DNA of 64,000 nt from Patulibacter sp. (GCA_047604965.1 JASGGQ010000001.1:88-64087); one strand, 5' to 3'. Positions 1-12,324 are shown, counted from the stretch's first letter. The notes: a model not told the origin generated them from the letters alone. Translations and numbers: made by a program.

Positions 1-1425
1 CGCGGGCGTCGTCGCCGTCGCCCCGGCGTACCGGACGACCAGTGCCGTGCGGCCCGGCAACCGGAAGCTGCTCGATGCGCGCTGGTCATCGACGCTGGCG
101 GTGCTGGCGAGGTTGACGCCGACCTGGCCGTCCGGCAGCCCGACGCGCAGCGTTTGATCGCTGGGGTTGACGGCGACAAACCCGTTCGCGAAGAGCCGGG
201 TGATCGCGGTGCCGGTATCGCTCCGCGCCGCCAGCGGCGTCCCCAGGTTCACGCCGTAGCCGCGCCAGCCACGCCCCGGATATTCGCAGGTGTCGCCGAC
301 CGAATCGCCCGGCTCGAAGGTCAGCAGCGCCGTCGCGGCGTTGAACGCCGCCGTGCGCACATGCCCCTTCCAGATCGCGTCGCCACGCCGCCACGCCGGC
401 CGTTTGCGCGCCGGATAGTCGGCATCGCCGCAGTTCGGAATGCGCCCAAACCGCTGCGTCGCGTTGGCGGTGAGGTTGACGCTGTCGGTCTTCTCCCATT
501 GCAGCTTGACTTGCTGGCCGTGCATCGCGTCGGCGTACGCCAGCAGCCGCCGGTACGACCAGGCGGTGTTGCCGGGGGCCGCGTAGTCGAGACCACGGTC
601 GATTGCGCCGCCTTCGATCAGCAGCTGATCGGCGATCTTCGCGATCTGCACGAGCGGCGCGTCGGAGCGCAGCACCGGAGCGTCGGCATACGGAAAATCG
701 AGGTCGGTCCAGTGCGCGTTGACGGTAAACGGCACGCCGTCGGGCAAGGCGTCGCGCAACTCGCTGACGAGCGCGACGAGGCCGGCACCCCACGACGCAT
801 CGTCGATCCCGGGGTTCGGCGTGTACCACTGGGCGGGTCGCGTGAGGAGGTTGTCGAGCCACAGTCCCGTGTACCCGCAGGCGATCAGGTCCAGTGCGGC
901 GCGCTGCCGCGGATCGTGGCCGCAGCTCGCTTTGCCGTCGCCGCCGTACAGCCACCACCGGCGCGCCGCCGGCTGGCGGATGTCGAGCAGCGCCCAGCCG
1001 TCGACGTGGACCTGCTTTCCGTTTCTGCGTACCAGCCACCGTTTGGCTTCTTTGAGGCGTTTGGCGTTGCCGCCGTAGATCAGCACCCCGGTTGCGTTGA
1101 CGTATGCGGAGACCGGCGGCGCCTGCTCCCAGCCGCGCACGAACAGGCTCACGCGCGGATCGGAGTCGTAGGCCACGAGCGGGCTGACGCGGTTCGCGAT
1201 CCAGCGCTGCGCGCTACTGAGGTGACGCTTCGCCGTGCGCGCCTTGGTCGTGAACGTGTAGCGGTCAAAGGTGCCGTCGACGCGGCGGCTCAGCGGTAGC
1301 GCGCTCCCGGCTGCTTGGAGCGCTTGGAGCTGCTGGCGGCGCGCGAGTCCGGTGCCAAACGCGGCGCCGGCGGCGACCGTCGCGACGGTCGCGCACACGA
1401 TCACTAGCGTTGTCCCGAACCGCAT
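1..1425 (-). CDS. Secreted glycoside-hydrolase-like (TIM-barrel/GHL-type) protein, paralog A; the C-terminus runs off the left window edge
   Basis: I translated the minus strand by hand from the ATG at 1425-1423 (MRFGTTLVIVCATVATVAAGAAFG..., signal/anchor-like). It stays open to nt 1 (475 codons) with G/C-rich third positions. It is colinear with the 32790..34145 protein: RRWWLYGGDGKASC...LDLIACGYTGLWLDN vs RRWWLYGADGKVSC...LDLYACGYSSLWIDN, and LLTFEPGDSVGDTCEYPGRGW vs VLTFKSGDSVGDTCQYPGRGW. It is missing from the ORF track because no stop lies inside the window. The family name is from memory only. Confidence 0.75.
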   Translation of the reverse strand, partial: MRFGTTLVIVCATVATVAAGAAFGTGLARRQQLQALQAAGSALPLSRRVDGTFDRYTFTTKARTAKRHLSSAQRWIANRVSPLVAYDSDPRVSLFVRGWEQAPPVSAYVNATGVLIYGGNAKRLKEAKRWLVRRNGKQVHVDGWALLDIRQPAARRWWLYGGDGKASCGHDPRQRAALDLIACGYTGLWLDNLLTRPAQWYTPNPGIDDASWGAGLVALVSELRDALPDGVPFTVNAHWTDLDFPYADAPVLRSDAPLVQIAKIADQLLIEGGAIDRGLDYAAPGNTAWSYRRLLAYADAMHGQQVKLQWEKTDSVNLTANATQRFGRIPNCGDADYPARKRPAWRRGDAIWKGHVRTAAFNAATALLTFEPGDSVGDTCEYPGRGWRGYGVNLGTPLAARSDTGTAITRLFANGFVAVNPSDQTLRVGLPDGQVGVNLASTASVDDQRASSSFRLPGRTALVVRYAGATATTPA

Positions 1426-1522
1426 CAGCAGGCGATGGTACCCAGCGGCTCGCAGAACGAGGGGCGCGCGGCCAATTGCAATGCGCTGGTAGGCCGGCTG
1501 CGGGCGCGATTGAATACGCCGC

Positions 1523-2584
1523 GTGTCTGCCCGTCGCACCGCCTCCCGCCCCGACCTGCTGAGCCGCGCGGTGCGCCGTCGCGTTGCCGCCCTGCTGATG
1601 AGCGGTGTGAGCCTGCTGGTGCCGCATGCCGCGCACGGGGCGGCGTACCTGCCGCCGGACGGCAAGCGCTTTCACGGCGTCACCGGTGGCAGTTCGCCGA
1701 CGAACCTCAAGCTGTTCGACGACCAAATCGGCTCGCACCCCGCGATCTTCGGGTTCTTCACGCAGTGGAACTCGCCCTACCAGTACATCTTCAACGCGGC
1801 GCAGAGCAGCCGCGCCCGCGTGATGCTGCACATCTCCACGACGCAGGGGTACGGCGCGTCGGAGCGGATCACGCCGAAGGGGATCGCGCAGGGTGGCGGC
1901 GACCGCTACTTGATCGGGCTTGCGCGCGAGATCGCCGAACGCGACGTCATCACGTACGTGCGGTTCCTCGCGGAGATGAACCAAACCAACAATGCGTACT
2001 GCGCCTTCGATGCCTCCGGCCGCTTCCGGGGTGCGTCGCACAGCCAGGGCCAGTACAAGCAGGCGTTTCGTCGCGCGGCGCTGATTCTCCGTGGCGGCTC
2101 GATCGACGCGATCAACCGCAAGCTCAAACGGTTGGGGCTGCCGGCGGTGCAGGGCACGAGCGCCGATCTGCCGGTGACGAAGGTCGCGATGGCGTGGGTG
2201 CCGCAGGTCGCCGGCACGCCGAATATTGCTGCCAATAGCGCCCGCGCCTACTACCCCGGGCGCGCCTACGTCGACTGGGTGGGGACCGACTTCTACTCGG
2301 CCTTCCCGAACTTCAGCGGTCTGCGGCGCTTCTCCAGCGACTTCAACGGCATCCCCTTCATGTTCGGCGAATACGCTGCGTGGAAGTCCGACAGCGCGAG
2401 CTTCATCCACGCGCTCTTTGCCTTCATTCGCGGCGACCACGACGTGAAGATCGCGATGTACAACCAGGGCAATCTGCCGAACGGCCCGTTCAAACTCGTG
2501 CATTACCCAGCGTCGCGCACGGCTCTCAGGGGCGAACTGGCCAAGGGCGGCTGGGCGCAATACGCCCCCGAATACGCCAGCTAA
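1523..2584 (+). CDS. Secreted GH26-like glycoside hydrolase (beta-mannanase-family fold)
   Basis: 353-aa ORF with a signal-like N-terminus (RRRVAALLMSGVSLLVPHAAHGA). It has GH26-type motifs: VRFLAEMNQTNNAY (acid/base Glu in an EMN context) and PFMFGEYAAW (nucleophile Glu). GC3 is high. It is divergent from paralog A. Confidence 0.7.
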   Translation: MSARRTASRPDLLSRAVRRRVAALLMSGVSLLVPHAAHGAAYLPPDGKRFHGVTGGSSPTNLKLFDDQIGSHPAIFGFFTQWNSPYQYIFNAAQSSRARVMLHISTTQGYGASERITPKGIAQGGGDRYLIGLAREIAERDVITYVRFLAEMNQTNNAYCAFDASGRFRGASHSQGQYKQAFRRAALILRGGSIDAINRKLKRLGLPAVQGTSADLPVTKVAMAWVPQVAGTPNIAANSARAYYPGRAYVDWVGTDFYSAFPNFSGLRRFSSDFNGIPFMFGEYAAWKSDSASFIHALFAFIRGDHDVKIAMYNQGNLPNGPFKLVHYPASRTALRGELAKGGWAQYAPEYAS

Positions 2585-2600
2585 CCGCCGGCCCGCCCCG

Positions 2601-2648
2601 CCGAGCGTCGAGATTTGGCCCCTATAGGGGCCAAATCTCGACGCTCGG
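2601..2648. repeat. 48-bp perfect palindrome, copy 1 (CCGAGCGTCGAGATTTGGCCCCTA|TAGGGGCCAAATCTCGACGCTCGG), between the convergent GH26-like and clpB genes
   Basis: I read it directly: the left 24 nt are the exact reverse complement of the right 24 nt. The identical sequence recurs at 45228..45275. It sits 17 nt after the GH26-like stop and 24 nt before the clpB stop, so it could act as a bidirectional terminator hairpin, although there is no U-tract. Confidence 0.9.
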
Positions 2649-2671
2649 CCCCCTGATGTGGGGTGGGGCGC

Positions 2672-5224
<2,553 letters not shown>

Positions 5225-5308
5225 GGAAGCTCCTCAAGGTCGATGGTCGGGGCGGAGGTGGCTGCGGTCAAGCGCACACCACCGCCAAGCAAAAATCTAT
5301 GCGCGAAC

Positions 5309-5328
5309 GACTTAGATTATTGCTAGTC
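5309..5328. promoter_or_regulatory. AT-rich promoter patch upstream of clpB with the imperfect inverted repeat GACTTAG-N7-CTAGTC; weak HspR-operator candidate
   Basis: It is one of the few AT-rich stretches in the window, about 85-105 nt upstream of the clpB ATG. On the gene strand a TTGACA-N17-AATAAT/TAATCT-like promoter overlaps it. It shares the 9-mer AATCTAAGT with the dnaK upstream region. It is not the canonical HAIR sequence. Confidence 0.25.
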
Positions 5329-5550
5329 CCGGCGGTGATGTCAAATCGATGACGGGTGCTTGGCGTGGCCGGTTTCGGTACTCGCGTCGGCCGCTCGCAG
5401 GGTCATGGTGTCCCCCGGTCGCCACACAACGGCGGCGGGCCACGATACGGTTCGCAGTACTCCGCCTTGCACCGCGCGCGTGATGCCCGAGCTTCGTGTG
5501 CGGTGGTGCCGTTGTCAGCCGTGTTTCGCAGCCAGCTCGCTTTCAGAACT

Positions 5551-6465
5551 TTGTTGCGCCGCGTGCGGCGCGCGCCAGATGGCGCGACGATCGTGTCGGT
5601 TTTGGCGCTCTTCTTCGCGCTCTCCGGCAGCGTGGTGGCGGCGACGAAGATTGCGCGCGCCAGCATCGGCAGCGCGGAGATCAAGAACGGTTCAATCAAA
5701 GGGGTCGACATCGGCGACGATGTGCTCAACGGCCGGCAGATCAACGAACAGGCACTCGGGGTCGTGTCGCGGGCTGCTGCGGCGGGCAGTGCGACCGTCG
5801 CGCAGGTCGCCGGAGAAGCACAGCACGCTGCGACCGCGACTCGCGCTGACACGGCCGATCTCGCGGCCAAGGCGAGCAGTGCCGACCGTGCCACCAGCGC
5901 GACGCGCGCCGACCGTGCGACGAATGCCGACCGTGCGACGAATGCCGACCGTGCGACGAATGCCGACCGCGCGACGAATGCCGACCGTGCGCGCGACGCG
6001 ATGACGGTCGGTGGGCACGGCGCCGAGGAGTTTGTCGCTGCCAGCGATGTCTTTCCTGTGGCCGTCAAACTCGGCGAAGGCGAGCAGCGCACGCTGGTCG
6101 AACGTGACGGCTTGCGTGTCGTCGCCGCGTGCCAACGCGCCGTCGCCGGCGCCGACGTGTTCTCGGTGAGCTTTGCCTCCGAGGATGACGGAGCATCGTT
6201 TTCGGGGCCGGCCAACGAGCTTGATGGTTCGACCGGCAACGGGCTGGGGCCGGACACGCCGGACTGGCGTCGTGTCGCACTGCTCGTCAGCGCCAGCACC
6301 GGCACGAGCGTCGTTCGCACTTCATCGACGGCGATCTCCGGCACGAGTGCGAACGGCACCTCGATCTTTGTCGGCGCCGGCGGCTCCGCGCGCATCGCCT
6401 TCAACATGTACGGGGCGGTGTGCGCATTTTCGGCGCCGGTGATGGTGTCGCGGCTCGCGCCGTAG
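5551..6465 (+). CDS. Membrane-anchored hypothetical protein with an (A-D-R-A-T-N)n repeat
   Basis: The track ORF is 5356..6465, and high GC3 begins near 5550. Likely TTG/GTG starts lie at 5551, 5554 or 5563, just before the TM segment IVSVLALFFALSGSVVAA and the IKNGSIKGVDIGDD motif. The C-terminal half has no recognisable domain. Confidence 0.6.
   Translation: MLRRVRRAPDGATIVSVLALFFALSGSVVAATKIARASIGSAEIKNGSIKGVDIGDDVLNGRQINEQALGVVSRAAAAGSATVAQVAGEAQHAATATRADTADLAAKASSADRATSATRADRATNADRATNADRATNADRATNADRARDAMTVGGHGAEEFVAASDVFPVAVKLGEGEQRTLVERDGLRVVAACQRAVAGADVFSVSFASEDDGASFSGPANELDGSTGNGLGPDTPDWRRVALLVSASTGTSVVRTSSTAISGTSANGTSIFVGAGGSARIAFNMYGAVCAFSAPVMVSRLAP
5908..5979 (+). repeat. 18-bp in-frame tandem repeat GCCGACCGTGCGACGAAT x4, with degenerate copies on both sides (about 5881..5997)
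   Basis: Read directly. Four consecutive units carry one substitution in unit 4 and encode ADRATN x4 inside the 5551..6465 CDS. Confidence 0.9.
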
Positions 6466-6545
6466 GCGATCACCTCGATCAGTGATTCTGCGGTCGCGTC
6501 TGTCCACGGCACCCCGCCGTGGAATCAATCATTTAGGCTGGCGCG

Positions 6546-7022
6546 GTGCCGCGCAGGTCAAGTGCAGGGCTGCTCCCCTTCCGCTCCGGCCCCGATGGGC
6601 TCGAAGTGCTGATCGCGCATATGGGCGGCCCGTTCTGGGCGCGCAAGGATGCCGGCGCGTGGTCGGTCATCAAGGGTGAACATGAACTGGGCGACGATCC
6701 GGTGGCAGCGGCGCGCCGCGAATGGGCGGAGGAGACCGGCACGCCCGCACCCGATGGCGCGCTGATCGCGCTCGGCGAGGTGCGGCAGAAGAGCGGCAAG
6801 CGCGTCAGCGCATGGGCCGTCGAGGCGCCGCTGCTCGACCCGGCCGGCTTCGTCAGCAACACCTTCGAGCTGGAGTGGCCGCCGCGTTCCGGCCGGCTCC
6901 AGCAGTTCCCGGAGATCGACCGCGCCGAATGGATGACGCTCGATGTCGCCGCCCACCGGCTGGTCGATGCGCAGCGTCCGCTGCTCGCTGCCTTGACCGA
7001 CGCGCTCGGGATCCACTCATGA
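6546..7022 (+). CDS. NUDIX hydrolase
   Basis: 158 aa with a clear Nudix box, GEHELGDDPVAAARREWAEETG (GX5EX7REUXEEXGU). Confidence 0.9.
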   Translation: MPRRSSAGLLPFRSGPDGLEVLIAHMGGPFWARKDAGAWSVIKGEHELGDDPVAAARREWAEETGTPAPDGALIALGEVRQKSGKRVSAWAVEAPLLDPAGFVSNTFELEWPPRSGRLQQFPEIDRAEWMTLDVAAHRLVDAQRPLLAALTDALGIHS

Positions 7023-7092
7023 GTTCGCTGCGCTGAGCGGCGGTGTGTTGGTTGCGCCGGCCGTGCCAGCCCGGCGCGATTGAGGCGTCGGC

Positions 7093-7797
7093 TTAGTTGT
7101 AGGCTGAGCGGGCGCGGGCGAGCTGCACGTCGAGGCGTTGGCGGGCGGTGAACTCCAGCGGCAGTTTGGTGCCCATTGCGCGTGCCGCGACGTGTGCTGG
7201 GTGAAGGCCGAGCTCGGCGGCGCGGAGGGCGACCAGTTCCAGCAGGATCGCGGCGACTTCGTGTGCGCAAACCCAGCGCAGATCGAGCCGGTCGCCAAGT
7301 TCGCGGGCCGGCATCAGCACGCCGGCGCCGTACTCGATTGCGCCGGCCTCCGGGTGGTCGCGGACGGCGAGCAGCATCGTTTCGGTGGAGGGGCTGACGA
7401 TCACGTCGACTGGGCGCCCGGCTTCCTGTGCGGCGGCGGCGACGAGCGCGGTCGCGACTGCCGGGTGGCCGGCGCCGCTCCGGCACACGTAGTCGGGGCG
7501 CAGATCGCGCAGGCGCGTGTCGAGTGGTCGGGCGGCGGCGGTGTCGAGGCCCAGGCAAACGTGCCGGTGGAGTGCCGCGAGCTGCGCCGAGGGTGAGCGT
7601 TCGCCGAGGGCGGCGAGTGCCGCGGCGCGTCTGGCGATCCATTCCCGGAGGCGATCACTTCGAATCGCACGTTCGTCGTCCGGTGTTGCCATCGAGCGGC
7701 CGATCTCCTCTGAGAACGCGAGCAGCAGCGGCGCAAGGTCTGGCTCTCCGGAGGTGACGAGATCAGTGAATGAGCGGGACACCATGGCGCGCACCAT
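7093..7797 (-). CDS. Hypothetical protein (possible transglutaminase-like/UPF0162-type fold); may be the last gene of the dnaK operon
   Basis: 234-aa ORF with high GC3 and an ATG at 7797. It lies 107 nt downstream of hspR on the same strand. The only resemblance is weak (RSGAGHPAVATALVAAAAQEAGRPVDVIVSP). Confidence 0.5.
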   Translation of the reverse strand: MVRAMVSRSFTDLVTSGEPDLAPLLLAFSEEIGRSMATPDDERAIRSDRLREWIARRAAALAALGERSPSAQLAALHRHVCLGLDTAAARPLDTRLRDLRPDYVCRSGAGHPAVATALVAAAAQEAGRPVDVIVSPSTETMLLAVRDHPEAGAIEYGAGVLMPARELGDRLDLRWVCAHEVAAILLELVALRAAELGLHPAHVAARAMGTKLPLEFTARQRLDVQLARARSAYN

Positions 7798-7904
7798 ATC
7801 CGACTTTCACAGTCGGGTATGGGGGTCTGCGTGGCAGCACCGCGATTTGCGGGCCGAGGTGCGGTGCTCGCGTCGCGAGCGTCAAGCGACCGCGACCAGC
7901 CTGC

Positions 7905-8352
7905 TCAGCGTGGGGCCGGGGGCTGCCAGCGGACGATCGCGGTGCGCTGGGCGTCGCGCAGACGCTGCACCTCAGCCTCCAGCTCCAGGCGGCGCCGCTC
8001 GACGGCGGTGTATCGGCGCTCGAGCTGCTCGAGCCGCTCCTCCAGCGCCAGCACCCGCTCGACGCCCGCGAGATTGAGACCGAGCGACGCCGTCATCTCC
8101 TGGATGCGCCGCAGCCGCTCCACATCGTCCTGCGAATACAGGCGCGTGCCACGCGGCGAGCGCTGCGGTGCGATCAACCCGCGCTGCTCGTACATCCGCA
8201 ACGTCTGCGGATGCATGTCCGCCAACTCTGCGGCGACCGAGATCATGAATACGCCCCGGCTGCTGCTGACCTCGATCCGCGTCGTGCGCAGGTCGTCGCG
8301 CCGCCGCGCCTCGCTGCCGGACGGCCCGCCGGTAAAGCCGGTCGCATCCTGC

Positions 8353-8360
<8 letters not shown>
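7905..8360 (-). CDS. hspR: MerR-family heat-shock repressor HspR
   Basis: MerR HTH (ISVAAELADMHPQTLRMYEQRGLIAPQRSPRGTRLYSQDDVERLRRIQ) followed by a coiled-coil tail. The ATG at 8360 overlaps the dnaJ stop (ATGGCTGA). This is the classic actinobacterial dnaK-grpE-dnaJ-hspR order. Confidence 0.9.
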
Positions 8361-9468
<1,108 letters not shown>

Positions 9469-9525
9469 CGTTCGTTCTGCTCGTCTCTTCGTCGTATCCG
9501 GTGAGGGTGTGCTGTGGCAGTGGGG

Positions 9526-10152
9526 TTATTCGGTGACGACCACCCGCGCCGGGCGGATGATCTCCTCGCCGGCCGCGTAGCCGGCCTGGTAGACGGGACT
9601 GCAAATCCCGCTTGCTTCGCCGTCGCCGGCCGGCCGCTTGGCCATCGCTTCGTGGCGCACCGGATCAAACGGTTCGCCGGCCGGATCAAAGCGCTCCACG
9701 CCGCCGCGCCCCAGCGAGGCGATCAACTCGTCGTGCAACTGGCGCAGCGCATCGAGCAGCCGGCCGGCATGCTCGCCCGAGTCGGCGGCGGCGGCCTCCA
9801 GCGCCGCCGTCTCATGCTCCAGCGCCCGCTCGGCGTTGTCGATCGCCGGCAGTAGCTCGCGCGCCAGCTCCACGCTGCCCCGCACGCGCGCCGCCGCGAG
9901 GTCGCGCTGCGCGCGCTTGCGATAGTTGTCGAAGTCGGCGCGGGTGCGCTGCGCGAGCGCGAGCAGCTCGCCGGCCTGCGCGGCGAGCCGGCGGATCTCC
10001 TCGTCGCTCTTGCCCTCCAGCGGATCGTTGGCCGGTTCGTCGACTGCCACCGCACCGTGCGGCGCGGTGGCGGCGTCGGATGCCGTATCGGTGGCGCTGG
10101 AGTGGGCCGGCGCGTCGGCGCAGGCTCTAGTCGTCTCAGGCTCAGTGCTCAT
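9526..10152 (-). CDS. grpE: Nucleotide exchange factor GrpE
   Basis: 208 aa with a GrpE-type coiled-coil and C-terminal beta domain (FDPAGEPFDPVRHEAM). It sits between dnaK and dnaJ. Confidence 0.93.
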   Translation of the reverse strand: MSTEPETTRACADAPAHSSATDTASDAATAPHGAVAVDEPANDPLEGKSDEEIRRLAAQAGELLALAQRTRADFDNYRKRAQRDLAAARVRGSVELARELLPAIDNAERALEHETAALEAAAADSGEHAGRLLDALRQLHDELIASLGRGGVERFDPAGEPFDPVRHEAMAKRPAGDGEASGICSPVYQAGYAAGEEIIRPARVVVTE

Positions 10153-10182
10153 CAGCTTCTCCTTGAGGCAGCGAGCCGTCTG

Positions 10183-12093
10183 CTACTTGCCTTCGTCGAC
10201 GATCTCCGCGTCGACGACCTCGTCGTCGCCAGATGCCTCGCCACCGACCGGCGCCTGCTCTCCTCCGGCCTGCTGGGCGGCGGCCTCCTGCGCCTTGGCG
10301 TAGAGCTTCTCGCTGATCGAGTGCTGGCGGGTTTGTAGCGCCTCCAGCTTGCTCTTGATCTCCTCGACCGATTCGCCCTTGATCGCTTCGCGTACGTCGG
10401 CGACGAGCTGTGTGATGTCGGCCTTGTCGGAATCGTCGAGCTGTTCGGCGAGATCGGTCAGCTGCTTCTCCGCCTGATACGCGACCTGCTCGGCTTCGTT
10501 GCGCGCCTCGGCGAGTTCGCGCAGGCGCTTGTCCTCGTCGGCATGCGCTTCGGCATCGGAGACCATCTTCTTGATCTCGTCGTCGCTGAGGCCGCCGCCG
10601 GCTTTGATCTCGATCTTCTGCTCAACGCCGGTCCCGAGATCCTTCGCGGACACGTTCAGGATGCCGTTGGCGTCGATGTCGAAGGTCACCTCGATTTGCG
10701 GGATGCCGCGCGGCGCTGCCGGGATGCCGGTCAGCTGGAACTTGCCGAGCGACTTGTTGTACGTCGCCATCTCGCGCTCACCCTGAAGCACGTGAATCTC
10801 CACCGACGGCTGGTTGTCTTCGGCGGTGGAGAAGGTCTCGCTCTTGCGGGTTGGGATCGTCGTGTTGCGCTCGATCAGCCGCGTCATCACGCCGCCCTTG
10901 GTTTCGATCCCGAGCGTCAGCGGGGTGACGTCGAGCAGCAGCACATCGGTGACTTCCTTGGAGATCACGCCGGCCTGGATCGCCGCGCCGATCGCGACGA
11001 CCTCATCGGGGTTGACGCCACGGTGCGGCTCCTTGCCGGTGAGCGCCTTGACCTTCTCCTGCACCGCCGGCATGCGGGTCATGCCGCCGACGAGCACGAC
11101 GTGATCGATGTTCGCGGCCCCCTTGGCCTTCGCGTCGTCGAGTGCGCGCTTGACCGGATGCACGAGGCGGTCGAGCAGCTCGCCGACGAGTTCGGTCAGC
11201 TTCGCGCGAGTCAACCGCACGTCGAGGTGCTTGGGGCCGGAGGCGTCGGCCGTCAGGTACGGCAGGTTGATCTGCGACTCCTGCGCGGAGGAAAGCTCGA
11301 TCTTGGCCTTCTCGGCCGCTTCGTAGAGCCGCTGGAGCGCCATCGGATCTTGCGTGAGGTCAACGCCGTGGTCGCGCTTGAACTCGCCCGCGAGCCAGTC
11401 GACGATCGCCTTGTCGAAGTTGTCGCCGCCGAGATGGTTGTCGCCGGCCGTCGACTTGACTTCAAAGACGCCGTCGGCGATCTCCAGGACCGACACATCG
11501 AAGGTGCCGCCGCCGAGGTCGAAGACGAGAATCGTCTGCTCGTCGTCTTTGCCGAGGCCGTACGCCAGCGAGGCGGCGGTCGGCTCGTTGATGATGCGCT
11601 TGACCTCAAGGCCGGCGATCTTGCCCGCGTCCTTGGTGGCCTGGCGCTGATCGTCGTTGAAGTACGCAGGCACGGTGATGACCGCTGAATCGACGGTCTC
11701 GCCGAGGTAGGCCTCGGCGTCGGCCTTGAGCTTGGCGAGGGTCATCGCGCTGATCTCCGGCGGGCTGTACTGCTTGTCCTCGACGGAGATCCGCGCGTCG
11801 CCGTTGGGGCCGCTGACGACCTTGTACGGCACGATCGACTCCTCCTCATGTACCTCGGCCTCTTTGCGGCCCATGAAGCGCTTGACGGAGAAGATCGTGT
11901 TCGTCGGGTTCGTGACCGCCTGGCGCTTGGCGACGCTGCCGACCAGCCGCTCGCCGCTCTGCGTGAAGGCGACGACCGACGGCGTGGTGCGGCCACCCTC
12001 GGAGTTCTCGATGACGACCGGTTCGCCGCCCTCGATGACCGCCATGCACGAGTTCGTTGTGCCGAGGTCGATGCCGATGGTCTTGCCCATGTG
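10183..12093 (-). CDS. dnaK: Hsp70 chaperone DnaK
   Basis: Hsp70 signatures GIDLGTTNS and DLGGGTFD are present. I re-set the start to [10 protein letters not shown] (ATG 12093); the track ORF extends to 12144. Confidence 0.98.
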   Translation of the reverse strand, partial: HMGKTIGIDLGTTNSCMAVIEGGEPVVIENSEGGRTTPSVVAFTQSGERLVGSVAKRQAVTNPTNTIFSVKRFMGRKEAEVHEEESIVPYKVVSGPNGDARISVEDKQYSPPEISAMTLAKLKADAEAYLGETVDSAVITVPAYFNDDQRQATKDAGKIAGLEVKRIINEPTAASLAYGLGKDDEQTILVFDLGGGTFDVSVLEIADGVFEVKSTAGDNHLGGDNFDKAIVDWLAGEFKRDHGVDLTQDPMALQRLYEAAEKAKIELSSAQESQINLPYLTADASGPKHLDVRLTRAKLTELVGELLDRLVHPVKRALDDAKAKGAANIDHVVLVGGMTRMPAVQEKVKALTGKEPHRGVNPDEVVAIGAAIQAGVISKEVTDVLLLDVTPLTLGIETKGGVMTRLIERNTTIPTRKSETFSTAEDNQPSVEIHVLQGEREMATYNKSLGKFQLTGIPAAPRGIPQIEVTFDIDANGILNVSAKDLGTGVEQKIEIKAGGGLSDDEIKKMVSDAEAHADEDKRLRELAEARNEAEQVAYQAEKQLTDLAEQLDDSDKADITQLVADVREAIKGESVEEIKSKLEALQTRQHSISEKLYAKAQEAAAQQAGGEQAPVGGEASGDDEVVDAEIVDEGK

Positions 12094-12198
12094 TGTCCCC
12101 TTCGAGCGAGGTTGGTGTGGTGATGTCGCCAGTGGCCCCAGCACAAGCCCCGCTGATCGACGGGGAGGTGCGCCCTGAGGAGAGATGCTGGCCGAAGA

Positions 12199-12216
12199 CG
12201 ACTGAAATCTAAGTGG
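12199..12216. promoter_or_regulatory. AT-rich promoter patch upstream of dnaK with the imperfect palindrome ACTGAAATCTAAGT; weak HspR-operator candidate
   Basis: It lies about 105-125 nt upstream of the dnaK ATG. On the gene strand a TTTGAT-N16-TAGATT-like promoter overlaps it. The palindrome is symmetric at 10 of 14 positions. It shares AATCTAAGT with the clpB upstream region. Confidence 0.25.
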
Positions 12217-12324
12217 GATCGTAGCAGATCAAATGAGGGTGCCGACCAACCTCCGCGACGGCTCTTGCTGCCGGGCAGCGGCGAGGGGTGGGGCCGAGGA
12301 TCGTCGACCCCACCCACGCGACCT

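Noticed and set aside
154-1299. A 381-aa plus-strand ORF, and a 317-aa minus-strand ORF at 86..1039, listed in the track over the first 1.3 kb.
   Set aside because: Both translations are Arg/Pro/Gly-rich with no motifs. The plus-strand ORF is antisense to a different minus-strand frame, and the minus-strand ORF is an alternative frame of it. That frame is open to the window edge and matches the 32790..34145 paralog block for block. This is a typical high-GC shadow-ORF artefact.
12094-12324. A search for a canonical HspR operator (CTTGAGT-N7-ACTCAAG) upstream of dnaK, and likewise upstream of clpB (5225..5550).
   Set aside because: Reading both strands by eye I found no match or close variant. 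Only a weak shared AT-rich 9-mer exists, reported separately at low confidence, so I annotated no HAIR site.
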